Below, piece by piece: positions 16,393-25,586 of a stretch of DNA of 39,014 bases (position 1 is its first letter; each line of letters opens with the position of its first letter). Under the pieces are notes generated by a model, which did not search any database, had not been told where the DNA came from, and saw nothing but the letters and a program-made list of their open reading frames with translations. A program made the translations under genes and the position numbers. This DNA comes from a virus (lineage: Duplodnaviria > Caudoviricetes), in the IMG/VR virus record IMGVR_UViG_3300024246_000003, positions 1-39,014 of that record. The stretch is one strand, 5' to 3'.

Positions 16393-18092
16393 TTTAAGTC
16401 CGATAGAAAAGAAATTGCCGGTTTAGGCATGGAGCGCACCCGCGCCGCTTGAGCAGCTACCGCAGCGATTGGATGGAGTGCTTGCGAGGCACCGAGCACT
16501 ACTTTTCCAGACCCTGAAGGGTTGTAGTTCTCAGCCAACCTCCGGGCTATATCGGCCTTCATGTAGAGTTCTTTTGTTTTTTCAGGACCGAGCAATGAGC
16601 GTAGGAACGTATCGGGGTAACCGCCAAGTCCGTTTGGCGTTATTCTAAAACCGCCGTCTTTAATGTCCTCTACGGCCTGTCTTGCAAGAGGGCCGAGGTC
16701 GAAATTTTCTCCTTTCAATGCTTCGATTTCGTGGACGGAGGAACGGTTGAGGATTCCGTCAGTAACTTTTGCGGGATCGTCGGTGTTGAGGATTCGATAT
16801 AGGGGAGAGTTTCTAGTGTTGTAGAGTTCTTGAAGCTTGGCGCTTTGCTGTCCTGCTGCGTGGAAGATATCCTCGAAAGGCGTTCCTTTCGCTGCATCCA
16901 TAATTGCGCTATGCACCTTGCCAGCCGCAAGCTTATAAATACGCTGACCAGAATCAGATAGAGCGTTCGCGCCGTAGTCATTGCCTTTTTCTAATAGCGT
17001 GGTCCTGAGATTCCTGAGAGACTGAATTGACTGCCTTCCCTGCATCGCCGGGTCGGAAAGCATGTCCTGAATGTCTTTTATCGCAGCTTTTGCCCCCGTG
17101 GTTTGAAAAACTGGCCGTTCCACCGCCGCATTTGGCTGCCGTGCAAACGTTTCATCGTGAATTAGCTTCTGGAGTGGCCCCTGTACATCTCCAGCCAAGT
17201 CAGCTTGCTGTTCCTTTACGTCAGCATATGCCTTATTGACGTTATCTTTCAAGACTGAACGGCTTATTTCCGCTGAATTTTGAAGGTGTTCACCTGCGGA
17301 TTCCGCCGACATCCCAACTCGCTGAGGGTCGAGGCGGTCTTGGAAAGAACTTATCTCATTGGCAAGCTTGCCCTTCTCAACGGCAGCGGCTTCCTTTATT
17401 TTGCTGCCGGTCAATAGGGCCTCTTCACCAAACACCTGTTCTGATTTCGCGGCTGAAGTCTGCAAAGCCTGCGCTGGTGTCAATTTGATTCCCATATCAT
17501 GCGCATGTTGAATGACATTTTGATTTGTAACGCTGGTAGTTGCCGCACCTCCTGTAGTGGCAGCGTTGCGCGTAGTAGAAAGAGTTGCATTAGCCGTTTC
17601 GGGAGCGAGGGTCTGAGTGATGGCATTCCCCGCTTCACTGGTTCGTGCTGCCTGGAAAGGAGCCAGTGCTTTTCTTTTCAGGAGTTGCGAACTATCCCTA
17701 AGGAGTTGCGAACTATTCCTAATAAGATTTATAGATTCATCTTCTGGTGCGCCAATTATCCCCTGCAAAACAGGGTTAGTAAGCATCCCGGTTTTTAGGT
17801 CTTGGCCTCCACCTTGGCCGCCGACAAGGTATTGCTTTAGATTGTTGGCGACATCTCCGATTTTTGCCTGTATGGGGTGCTGTTCGCGCCCCGCCTGCGT
17901 CATGTTGGACCAATCGATGAGTTTTTGTATGGCATCATGTGCCATCTGCGCACCGGGAACAGTAGACGGAGCAGTATTCTTACGTGGTCCCATAGTAGGG
18001 CCAGCAGGCTTTTCGGATGCCACTTCCCATGCCCCGGATGGGGGAGCTTGGGGAGCCGGAGTTTCCGACGCTACTTGCCAATCATCAGCCAT
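16389..18092 (-). CDS. DNA ejection/internal virion protein (P22 gp16 position)
   Basis: Helical Ala/Gln-rich 567 aa; synteny. Confidence 0.65.
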   Translation of the reverse strand: MADDWQVASETPAPQAPPSGAWEVASEKPAGPTMGPRKNTAPSTVPGAQMAHDAIQKLIDWSNMTQAGREQHPIQAKIGDVANNLKQYLVGGQGGGQDLKTGMLTNPVLQGIIGAPEDESINLIRNSSQLLRDSSQLLKRKALAPFQAARTSEAGNAITQTLAPETANATLSTTRNAATTGGAATTSVTNQNVIQHAHDMGIKLTPAQALQTSAAKSEQVFGEEALLTGSKIKEAAAVEKGKLANEISSFQDRLDPQRVGMSAESAGEHLQNSAEISRSVLKDNVNKAYADVKEQQADLAGDVQGPLQKLIHDETFARQPNAAVERPVFQTTGAKAAIKDIQDMLSDPAMQGRQSIQSLRNLRTTLLEKGNDYGANALSDSGQRIYKLAAGKVHSAIMDAAKGTPFEDIFHAAGQQSAKLQELYNTRNSPLYRILNTDDPAKVTDGILNRSSVHEIEALKGENFDLGPLARQAVEDIKDGGFRITPNGLGGYPDTFLRSLLGPEKTKELYMKADIARRLAENYNPSGSGKVVLGASQALHPIAAVAAQAARVRSMPKPAISFLSDLK

Positions 18093-19577
18093 CTATTGCA
18101 CCTGAACAGCTTTGCCATTCTGCAAAGTCCATGTCTGACCATTCTTGAAAGTCGTATGTATGCCTTCCTTGAGCAAATTCGCTGGCGGTGCTCCTGTAGT
18201 GGAAGGTGTAGTGGAAGATTCCCCGAAGTTCGGCTTGGCCTGTTTGCCCTGTTCGTATTGCTGCTTGAGAGCATCGCGCTTGGAACCCATCAGCCGCACG
18301 GCGTTTCTGATGGCCCCCCGTAGCTGTGCGGGAGAGTTGGCGGCATCGAATGGTCCTTGTACTTCCTTGATTTCCGCGTCCGTGGCTTGCCCGCCCTTGA
18401 ATACCTTGCTGATTTCACCTGACAGGGCGTTCTTGATTACATTGAAGTTTGTTGTACGGTCACTGCCAAACTCATAGCCAAGAGCGTTGCCAATCTTATT
18501 AAGGCTGCGATTATCCCCGATAGAAAGAGCCTTCGCCGCTTCGTCCAGCTGCTTGGCGTGCTCAATAGCCGTGTTGAAAGCGGTGAGATTCTTGCCGCCT
18601 TCACCAGAGGTCATGTACTTTGCTACGCCCTTTTCAATGTCGTAGTCGCTCGAATTGAAATTGGGGTTGATTTGCAAGACTTGATTGAGGAATGCCTTCC
18701 GAGCAGCAAGCGGCGTTCGCATTGTAAGAACATCGGCAATCTTCATTTGCCCGCCAGCCACTTTTTGAGCCAGCGATGCGGTCATAGGGTCATTGGCGTT
18801 TCCCATGCCGCCTTGCTGCAAATTGAAGTTGAAAGCTGGAACGAGTTTAGCTTTGTAGGCCATGAAGTCCGATGGCCCCTTGCCGGGATTCTTGGCCAGC
18901 CAGTCGGACATTTCCTGCTTGTCTACCGCTCCGCCTCCGCCTTTTTCCCAATCAAGGCGAGATGCCGCTGTTTTGGCGTTAAGTGCTGCCGCTGCCGCCG
19001 TCGCTTGCTTATCGGCTATCTCCAGCTGTTCCTTGGCGTGCGCTGAGCCTGCTGCATGAATCTTTAAAATGTCCTCATCGTAAGGAGCTTTGGCATCCTG
19101 CGCTGAAATAGAACCTCTGGCCAGCAATTCTTGCTGCTTTTGCGCGTAAGCAGCTGGGCGAAGTTCCGGGGCAAGGCTCAGAATATCCGAGGCCGCGTTA
19201 TTTATATCCGTGGCCTGCGAAAGGGCTTGGTCGCGCTGCTCTTTTTTCAGCGTTTGAATGGTTTGCTGCTGCTTTAGAAGATTATTCTTCATGCTCAGCG
19301 AAGCGTCCGCGCTGCCGCCGTGTTTCAGGATGAGGCCGGGAAGGGCGTCCATGCTGATTTTCCCTTGTCCTTCTGCCCATTCCTTCATGGCCGCTGTTTC
19401 GGCTGCCTTATCGTCCAATGCTCTTTTCTGTGCTTCGATCTGCTGCTGCTGAAGCTGAAGCTGGCCGGGCTGAGCCGCAAGCTGGCCCTGTAGAGCCTTG
19501 AGCTGCATTACCCCGCCGAGCTGCTCTATCGGGCCAGGCTGCTGCTTTATATCGAGTGCTGGAAAGTTGCTGCCCAT
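18093..19577 (-). CDS. DNA ejection/internal virion protein (P22 gp20 position)
   Basis: Gln/Ala-rich helical 494 aa; C-terminal FKNGQTWTLQNGK; synteny. Confidence 0.7.
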   Translation of the reverse strand: MGSNFPALDIKQQPGPIEQLGGVMQLKALQGQLAAQPGQLQLQQQQIEAQKRALDDKAAETAAMKEWAEGQGKISMDALPGLILKHGGSADASLSMKNNLLKQQQTIQTLKKEQRDQALSQATDINNAASDILSLAPELRPAAYAQKQQELLARGSISAQDAKAPYDEDILKIHAAGSAHAKEQLEIADKQATAAAAALNAKTAASRLDWEKGGGGAVDKQEMSDWLAKNPGKGPSDFMAYKAKLVPAFNFNLQQGGMGNANDPMTASLAQKVAGGQMKIADVLTMRTPLAARKAFLNQVLQINPNFNSSDYDIEKGVAKYMTSGEGGKNLTAFNTAIEHAKQLDEAAKALSIGDNRSLNKIGNALGYEFGSDRTTNFNVIKNALSGEISKVFKGGQATDAEIKEVQGPFDAANSPAQLRGAIRNAVRLMGSKRDALKQQYEQGKQAKPNFGESSTTPSTTGAPPANLLKEGIHTTFKNGQTWTLQNGKAVQVQ

Positions 19578-20350
19578 TAGCCAATTAACCCCATGCTCTT
19601 CAGTAGAATCAGCTGGCTTGCGTTATTTGCCGCCCCGCTGATTGCGTTAGCCACGCCTGCATAGCCGCTGGCCCGCGCTGCCCCGGCATTCATCAGCGAC
19701 GCTCCTTGCTGCGCTCCGCCAACGGCATTGATATTCGCAATATTGCTCGATGCCGCTTGCCCTTCTTGGCCTAACTGGCCTGCCGCTACCTGCCCACCAC
19801 CTGCCAGAGAGGAAAGCCGATTGAATGTGTTGGCCTGGTTAGTCTGGAACTGGTTGTAACGAGTCGAATATTCGTTAAAAGCCCGCCCGTAGACGTTCGA
19901 GTATTCGTTAGAAGCATAATTCTGCGAATAATCCGTGATGGCCTTGGCGGTGTTGCCGCTAAGCAATCCACCGCGAGCCGCAGCGGAGTTCTCAAGCGCT
20001 TGCTGGCCTTGCTGGAGCCTGAATTGGTAGCCAGGGTCGTTCTGTTCCGTTACATTTGTTGGTGCTTGAAACTGTTCCGTCCAGGGAGTCAGCAATCCCT
20101 GGCCCGGCGTGCTGGTCAGATCAGAAAGTTGCATCTCCGCTTTCCCGCCAGCCTGGAGCCACGGAGCTTCATTTTGTTGCTGTTGCGCCCATTGCTGTTT
20201 TTGGAAATCGAGCGAAGCCTGCTGGTCCTGGTGCTGGAGCTGTGCCGCAGATGTGGCGGCATTCGCTTGCGCTCCGGCTGCCTTGGACGCACCGACAGCC
20301 CCTACTACGCCGGACACAGCTCCCATAACCCCTAGCGCAATCAGCGGCAT
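19577..20350 (-). CDS. DNA transfer/pilot protein (P22 gp7-like)
   Basis: DPGYQFRLQQGQQALENSAAARGGLLSGNT motif; hydrophobic Gly/Ala N-terminus. Confidence 0.85.
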   Translation of the reverse strand: MPLIALGVMGAVSGVVGAVGASKAAGAQANAATSAAQLQHQDQQASLDFQKQQWAQQQQNEAPWLQAGGKAEMQLSDLTSTPGQGLLTPWTEQFQAPTNVTEQNDPGYQFRLQQGQQALENSAAARGGLLSGNTAKAITDYSQNYASNEYSNVYGRAFNEYSTRYNQFQTNQANTFNRLSSLAGGGQVAAGQLGQEGQAASSNIANINAVGGAQQGASLMNAGAARASGYAGVANAISGAANNASQLILLKSMGLIG

Positions 20351-20351
20351 G

Positions 20352-20765
20352 TCAGATTTCCTTTGCCCATACAGTTACGTTGCATTTCTTGTAGTCCAAG
20401 CGCCCCAGGTAATCCTCTATTTCGGGCGTCTCCGCATAAGAAAACAACTTCGTCAATCCAATCTTTCTTGCCTCCGCTTCCATGAACTTCATTATGCGAA
20501 TCCCGGTAGTGCCTTTCCTGTAGCCTTCCGCTACCCAGGTACCCTCAATGTGCGCGGGGGAAATCAGCAGCATTCGGCCAATGATATTCCCGCCCTCTTC
20601 GGCTACCACGGCGAGACTGCTCTTCGGGTCCGGGCAGTAGCCCTCCTCTACGCCCAGCAAGAGCGGATATTCCGAGTCTTCCAGTTTGCGTATTTCAGAA
20701 AGCGACAAGAGGTATCCTCTTCCATTGATTAGTAGCGATACAGATGTACTCAAAATTGGCATCAA
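20352..20765 (-). CDS. GNAT-fold acetyltransferase-like protein
   Basis: VVAEEGGNIIG...WVAEGYRKGTTG...YLGRLDY. Confidence 0.75.
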   Translation of the reverse strand: MMPILSTSVSLLINGRGYLLSLSEIRKLEDSEYPLLLGVEEGYCPDPKSSLAVVAEEGGNIIGRMLLISPAHIEGTWVAEGYRKGTTGIRIMKFMEAEARKIGLTKLFSYAETPEIEDYLGRLDYKKCNVTVWAKEI

Positions 20766-20958
20766 CCGCCCGCTGCCCGACTTGCCCCGGAGATGTTGAA
20801 GTGGCCGGCACGGCTACTGTCGATAGAGCGTTCGTGACTGCCTGAAAAAAGGCTGTCCAGGCATAGGAAGGGACATTCGTGGCGCCATTTGACAATGTAG
20901 CGTTCGGCGGATTGCCTAGAAAGGGTGTCCGTATCGGGGGTGCTTGGAATTTACTCAT
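20695..20958 (-). CDS. Short tail protein (tail needle position)
   Basis: Follows gp10-like gene; PATSTSPGQVGQ..VDANFEYICIATNQWKR fibre-tip-like motif. Confidence 0.65.
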   Translation of the reverse strand: MSKFQAPPIRTPFLGNPPNATLSNGATNVPSYAWTAFFQAVTNALSTVAVPATSTSPGQVGQRAVDANFEYICIATNQWKRIPLVAF

Positions 20959-22748
20959 GCCACCTTGCTCATTGCCCTGGAGAGCCTTTCTTGCGGCTGA
21001 TAGCCGGGCGAAGCCATCAAATAGGCGTCTATGATGCGGATAATCGCATTGTCGCTAAAGGAAAGCTCGTAAACGCGGTCTCTTGACCTCCCCAAGCGCC
21101 TCCAAATCGAACGAAACTTGTATTCGCCCGGCGCTCCCGCCGTTCTGGTTTGGATATTGCTCCAGGTGTGCCCGCCATCATCGGACCAGCGCAGCATGAG
21201 CGTTGGCGTACCTGTGGGAGTGGCTATGAAGTTCGCAACCTTCGCGGTAGTCAGCAATCCGGCGAGAGTTACGCCAATATTCCATGAAGTCAGGCCCGTG
21301 GAACTGACAATCGTGAACGTTTTAGGAAAAGTGCCGTTGAATCCGACTGCCGTGGTGGTCAAAATCCCGGCAATGGTCACTTTTACCTGCCACGATGCGG
21401 CATTAGTCGGATCGTTCAGGAATAAAGTGGCTGGCGTGCCGCTGCCTACCACTGTCGTATGGAGTAATCCTGCGTCATCGACGGAAACGGACCACAGAAC
21501 TCCGTTTGTATCGGCCAGGATGAGTGTCGGAGCGGTGGCTACGAAAGACCCAAGCCCGCTTTCGGCGTCCACTTGCAGCTGCTGGTGGAATATCCATTCC
21601 TGTTCCTGGCTGATGTGCGGCGCTCTGCGAACTCTCCGAATGGCGTTGCCGAAATCGTTCGTGAAGTTTATGGACATCTGATAGAGCGTGCCGTTGCTTG
21701 GCCCGCCTACAAGGTGCTTGCCGAAATTGAAGGTATGGTATTGCGCCAGATGCGGCTGGAAAACGCCTTGCTGGGCGTTCCAGAAGCCTCTCTGGTGCCA
21801 CATATTCGTGGCTACGTCATAAACCCATGTCGCTTTGGCCGTTGGGAAGCTCACCACATAGAAAGCATGGCCCTGGTCCTGGTAGGCATAGGCCACGGCA
21901 TCATCAATCCGTGCGTATCCCTGCCAGGCAAACTCGATTGCGTGATTCGAGATTCTTACCGGGTTGTAGCCTTGCATTCGCCAGGCAATGCCGTTGCCGC
22001 GTTCGTCGGAACCTAGCCAGAACACCGAATTGTCGAGCTTTGCGAGGCTGAACTGCGCGGCAATGCCCTGTTCGATGAACGCTCCAGGGATAATGTCGAG
22101 CGGGAAAGGGAAGTTCCCTGAATCGTAATAGACTTGCGCGGCGCGAGGCCCTATAACGCCTAACTCTCTGTGGTCGGCAATGATGGAAATCACATTGTCC
22201 GTAAATACCGAGACTTTGGTGGTACTGAGGCCCGGCCAGGTTGTGGCATCGAGCAAGGCTGATGCGAAAAGCTGGTTGGAGTTCTTGATGAGCGCGAAAA
22301 AGAAGCCGTCAATGTAGGCTACCATCGAGACATTGGTAAGCGTCCCGGCAGGGATAAGCGTCAAGGTGTTGGCCGTCAGGTCTATGACGTAAGCATTGCC
22401 GCCAGAAGCAATTAGAAGCTGATTCCCTCCCCCGGCAAAGGATACCGGCAGCCCATCATTGGTGATTGAGCCTGCGTAGGTATTGAGCGCCGTGCCCAGC
22501 ACGCCTATCTCATAGACGTTGTTCGCTGAAACGTGAAACGTCCTGCCGTTGACGGTATACAGCCCGCGCACCGGGCCAGGGTCGGGAGCCACAAAGAAGG
22601 AAATCAGGCCCGGCGTGGGATAGAGCGCCATGGCCGATTTTCCTTGCCCGCTCTCAATAATCTCCGGGTAAAAATTCATACACATTTGGCAATCCGCGTT
22701 GACGGATTGACTAGCGTATGAGGGGCCAATAAACCCAAATCTCGCCAA
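20955..22748 (-). CDS. Packaged-DNA stabilization/tail hub protein (P22 gp10-like)
   Basis: LYPTPGL, YIDGFF, GHAFYVVSFPTAKATWVYD, MLRWSDDGGHTWS, WRRLGRSRDRVYE motifs. Confidence 0.92.
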   Translation of the reverse strand: MARFGFIGPSYASQSVNADCQMCMNFYPEIIESGQGKSAMALYPTPGLISFFVAPDPGPVRGLYTVNGRTFHVSANNVYEIGVLGTALNTYAGSITNDGLPVSFAGGGNQLLIASGGNAYVIDLTANTLTLIPAGTLTNVSMVAYIDGFFFALIKNSNQLFASALLDATTWPGLSTTKVSVFTDNVISIIADHRELGVIGPRAAQVYYDSGNFPFPLDIIPGAFIEQGIAAQFSLAKLDNSVFWLGSDERGNGIAWRMQGYNPVRISNHAIEFAWQGYARIDDAVAYAYQDQGHAFYVVSFPTAKATWVYDVATNMWHQRGFWNAQQGVFQPHLAQYHTFNFGKHLVGGPSNGTLYQMSINFTNDFGNAIRRVRRAPHISQEQEWIFHQQLQVDAESGLGSFVATAPTLILADTNGVLWSVSVDDAGLLHTTVVGSGTPATLFLNDPTNAASWQVKVTIAGILTTTAVGFNGTFPKTFTIVSSTGLTSWNIGVTLAGLLTTAKVANFIATPTGTPTLMLRWSDDGGHTWSNIQTRTAGAPGEYKFRSIWRRLGRSRDRVYELSFSDNAIIRIIDAYLMASPGYQPQERLSRAMSKVA

Positions 22749-23168
22749 TTAATTCTCTCCTACCGCAAAGGGCAATAATTCACCTTTTTGCTTTGTTCCC
22801 CATCGCTTCCTAGCGCCCATCTTGCCGCTTTCGGAACGAGTGAATCGGTGTGATGCGCGGTCCAAAAGAAATTCTATGCGAGCCTTCCTACGCTGCCCCA
22901 TGAAAGGCAGTATTCTCTTGGCTACCTCAATTGCCCTATCGCCTAGAATTTCAAATTCCCAGACTTCTTTATGAGTTGGTTTCCTTGTACGTGAATGAAC
23001 ACGGATTCGGACGCTATTTGAACCCATTGCGATAGCGGCTTTTCTAACAACGTCTTCATCTGTCATGTGAAGACTGATTCTTATTTCGTGGAATTGCCTA
23101 CGTGTAGTGAAACAACCTTCGCCTTCAAGAAGTCCAGCAAGCCACAGTGTTTCTTGCTCATAATTCAT
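22749..23168 (-). CDS. Free-standing single-motif LAGLIDADG homing endonuclease
   Basis: WLAGLLEGEGCF...ISLHMTDEDVV...ILPFM..RRK. Confidence 0.85.
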   Translation of the reverse strand: MNYEQETLWLAGLLEGEGCFTTRRQFHEIRISLHMTDEDVVRKAAIAMGSNSVRIRVHSRTRKPTHKEVWEFEILGDRAIEVAKRILPFMGQRRKARIEFLLDRASHRFTRSESGKMGARKRWGTKQKGELLPFAVGEN

Positions 23169-23169
23169 G

Positions 23170-23313
23170 CTATATTCGTCCTTCGAGTTTCCGGGTAGCT
23201 CCCGGCCAGAGGACCGGGCGGGGCAAGATAGGAACTAAAAAGGGGTGCCTCGTGGCATACCTGTATGAACGCCCATCTTGCAGTTTTCCGTACCGGCCTC
23301 TGCGGTTTTTCAT
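23170..23313 (-). CDS. Possible basic microprotein, 47 aa
   Basis: ATG 1 nt after adaptor stop; stop 1 nt before endonuclease ATG. Confidence 0.45.
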   Translation of the reverse strand: MKNRRGRYGKLQDGRSYRYATRHPFLVPILPRPVLWPGATRKLEGRI

Positions 23314-23314
23314 G

Positions 23315-24046
23315 TCAGAAATTCCTTCTCCCCGCAGGGGTATCGGAAATCCAGTTGTATTTGAGCGAACGCGGATTGACGAGCGCTTCATCACAGAACG
23401 CCTCAATTAGTGGCGCGTTCATGGTCTTGAGCTTCGCAACGCTGAGCAAGGCTTGCGCTGCTACCTCTGGCGGCACGGGGCGGCCAAACTCAGGAGCCAA
23501 ATCGACGGCCAATGCGTAGCGAATCGCTTTTAAATAGCCGGGAGGGAATGTAATGTCCGTTACGAGGTCAAAAGTCGTGAGCGGTGCCCAGCTATAAATC
23601 CTCACGTTATCCACAATGGTAGGGATGGGCCAGAAATTAAGGTTTCTGAGAGGGAAAGCGCCATCGTCGTAGCATTTGATTGGCAGCGTCGAAGTGATGA
23701 GCTTGATGGGAATAGCTTGCCAGCCGCCGTCCGTAACCATCTCGATAGGCAATTCAAGCGGCTGCGCGGGATTCGCCAGCCAGACAACGCTCATGCGCTC
23801 GATGCTGGCCGGGCGGACCATGTTGAAATTCCCGCCAGTGCCAAGCGTGTAGACTTGCTGGCCTGGAACCATCGGGAACTCATTGATGTTGAGCGTGAAG
23901 ATGTTCAGCCGCTCGGACTGCCAGCTGTCTATCATCTGCTGAAGGATAACGAGGGCGTCAGCTATTTCATTGCCGGAAGGGGTTTCTCCGCTCGCCAAAA
24001 CTCCAATCAGCCGTAAACTGCTCGCTATTAAATCGTTCCCTGTGAT
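23315..24046 (-). CDS. Head-tail adaptor; probable ATC start at 24046
   Basis: TGNDLIASSLRLIGVLASGETPS...FPPGYLKAIRYALAVDLAPEFG; AGGGGG SD just upstream of ATC; in-frame TGA five codons upstream. Confidence 0.8.
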   Translation of the reverse strand: MTGNDLIASSLRLIGVLASGETPSGNEIADALVILQQMIDSWQSERLNIFTLNINEFPMVPGQQVYTLGTGGNFNMVRPASIERMSVVWLANPAQPLELPIEMVTDGGWQAIPIKLITSTLPIKCYDDGAFPLRNLNFWPIPTIVDNVRIYSWAPLTTFDLVTDITFPPGYLKAIRYALAVDLAPEFGRPVPPEVAAQALLSVAKLKTMNAPLIEAFCDEALVNPRSLKYNWISDTPAGRRNF

Positions 24047-24186
24047 AGCATCCCCCTGTCAGTATTCCGATGCCCAACAGCTTCGCCCTATAGGGAAGCT
24101 GGAAAGCATGAGAGCTGACTACGACTCATGCTCCGGTGAGCGGTGGTGCACCACTGGCGACGTTCGACTCGTCCCGTGAGTCTGAA

Positions 24187-24441
24187 TCAAGTTGCCTCAA
24201 CTTTCAGCTTCTGGGGATGGTCGCTCCAGCCGTCCTTGACCAGCTCTTTTTCTTCCTTGGCATCGTTAGCCACTGCCGTGATGTACGGATGGAACTCCAC
24301 TTGCCGCTGCGGAACGCCTTCTTTCATCACAATTTTTTCGTATGCCGGGCTTTTCACGTCACCTTCGCCCGGTGCCACTGCTTTGAACATGGCCTTCGGG
24401 TAATTCTGGTCCACGGGCTTCAATACAGGGGCGGTTGCCAT
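24187..24441 (-). CDS. Small head-module protein
   Basis: AAGGAG SD; YPKAMF...EEKELVKDGWSDHP. Confidence 0.75.
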   Translation of the reverse strand: MATAPVLKPVDQNYPKAMFKAVAPGEGDVKSPAYEKIVMKEGVPQRQVEFHPYITAVANDAKEEKELVKDGWSDHPQKLKVEAT

Positions 24442-24450
24442 CTAGTCTCC

Positions 24451-24942
24451 TTATGTCGTGGTTTCAACGGTGTAATAAACGGTGATGTGGCAAATCCCGG
24501 TGCCAGCGGCAAAATCGTTGGTGATTTTGCTGATTTGCAGCGGCGCATTCTCATTGGTAGGCGGATTGGCCGCCGTCGAAGTCCCGCCAAAGAAGATGGT
24601 TTGCTGCGACCGTTGACCGGCAGATGGCCCTGTAAATACCGTATTGGCAGCCAAGGCTTGGGCCATCGTTCCGACGTTGAATGACACCGCCCCGCCAGCA
24701 TCGGTATACGCGGTCCCGCCAATCAAACGGATGAGCACTGACGTGGGCACAATCATCAAGCCGGGGCCTGGAGCCGGAATCAGAGTAATGGCCGCTGTCT
24801 TGATGGTGAGAATTTGAGCCGAAGTGAGCGTGATATCCGCTCGCAGAGGGGTATAAAAGGAACTCTGCATTTGCAGCATCACATCCGGCGTGAAAGCGCC
24901 GAACTTGGTAAGCCCCGGAGGTATGGTTACAGTCGTTGCCAT
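24451..24942 (-). CDS. Virion accessory/decoration-type protein
   Basis: AAGGAG SD; LTSAQILTIKTAAITLIPAPGPG beta-rich; after coat gene. Confidence 0.7.
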   Translation of the reverse strand: MATTVTIPPGLTKFGAFTPDVMLQMQSSFYTPLRADITLTSAQILTIKTAAITLIPAPGPGLMIVPTSVLIRLIGGTAYTDAGGAVSFNVGTMAQALAANTVFTGPSAGQRSQQTIFFGGTSTAANPPTNENAPLQISKITNDFAAGTGICHITVYYTVETTT

Positions 24943-24953
24943 TGATGCTCCTT

Positions 24954-24978
24954 AAAATTGGGGAGGTTCCGCCTCCCC
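24954..24978 (-). terminator. Possible weak terminator after coat and decoration genes
   Basis: GGGGAGG-CGGAA-CCTCCCC followed by AATTTT. Confidence 0.5.
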
Positions 24979-24989
24979 CCGGAAAATTG

Positions 24990-25577
24990 TTATGCCAAAC
25001 GGCTGGGATGCCACTTGCCGGAGCCTTGGTCAAACACAAACGTGACCGCGCTCGCTGCTGTGGTCGCGGTTCCGGCCACGGCAATGTTTCCAGTTGCGTC
25101 CCAAGTAAGCCCAGCTGCAGAGCCGTCAAACACAATCGTTACCTGCCCGCCCTGAAGGCTTCCGGGTACGGGATTGATTGTCTTGACGATAGTGGTGCCG
25201 GTCATATGAAAATAAGGGCCGGTTGGTGTAATGGTGTTGGCGCTTACCACGGGAGCAGACCAGCCGAGGTTATCGGGGAAAAAGTCCTGAACTGCCTTGA
25301 TGGGGATGGAAACCCCGGAAAAGTCTCCAGGGGCACCGGAAAGCACCGGACAAGAGGCCCCGTGAGGTGATACCGGGCTTCCTGCCACGCCGCGTTGCAC
25401 CGTAACCACTAGTCCGCTGACTCCCAAGACTTGCATGTATTCCTGTTCTATAAGCAGAACAGCAATGCCCACACCAGTCGTGAAGTTTGGGGCCGTGATG
25501 CCCGTTACCGAGCCAACGGCAAAGGTGGTATCGGTTGTGCCGATTGCTGCTGTTAGTGTAGTCGCGTTGAGTGCCAT
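24990..25577 (-). CDS. Capsid decoration-type protein
   Basis: TTLTAAIGTTDTTF...IEQEYM...VTVQRGVAGS...H motif; immediately after coat. Confidence 0.7.
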   Translation of the reverse strand: MALNATTLTAAIGTTDTTFAVGSVTGITAPNFTTGVGIAVLLIEQEYMQVLGVSGLVVTVQRGVAGSPVSPHGASCPVLSGAPGDFSGVSIPIKAVQDFFPDNLGWSAPVVSANTITPTGPYFHMTGTTIVKTINPVPGSLQGGQVTIVFDGSAAGLTWDATGNIAVAGTATTAASAVTFVFDQGSGKWHPSRLA

Positions 25578-25586
25578 GTCATCCTC

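Noticed and set aside
17682-17720. Short tandem repeat (aggagttgcgaactat twice)
   Set aside because: A 21-nt in-frame duplication (RNSSQLL/RDSSQLL) inside an ejection protein; not CRISPR or regulatory
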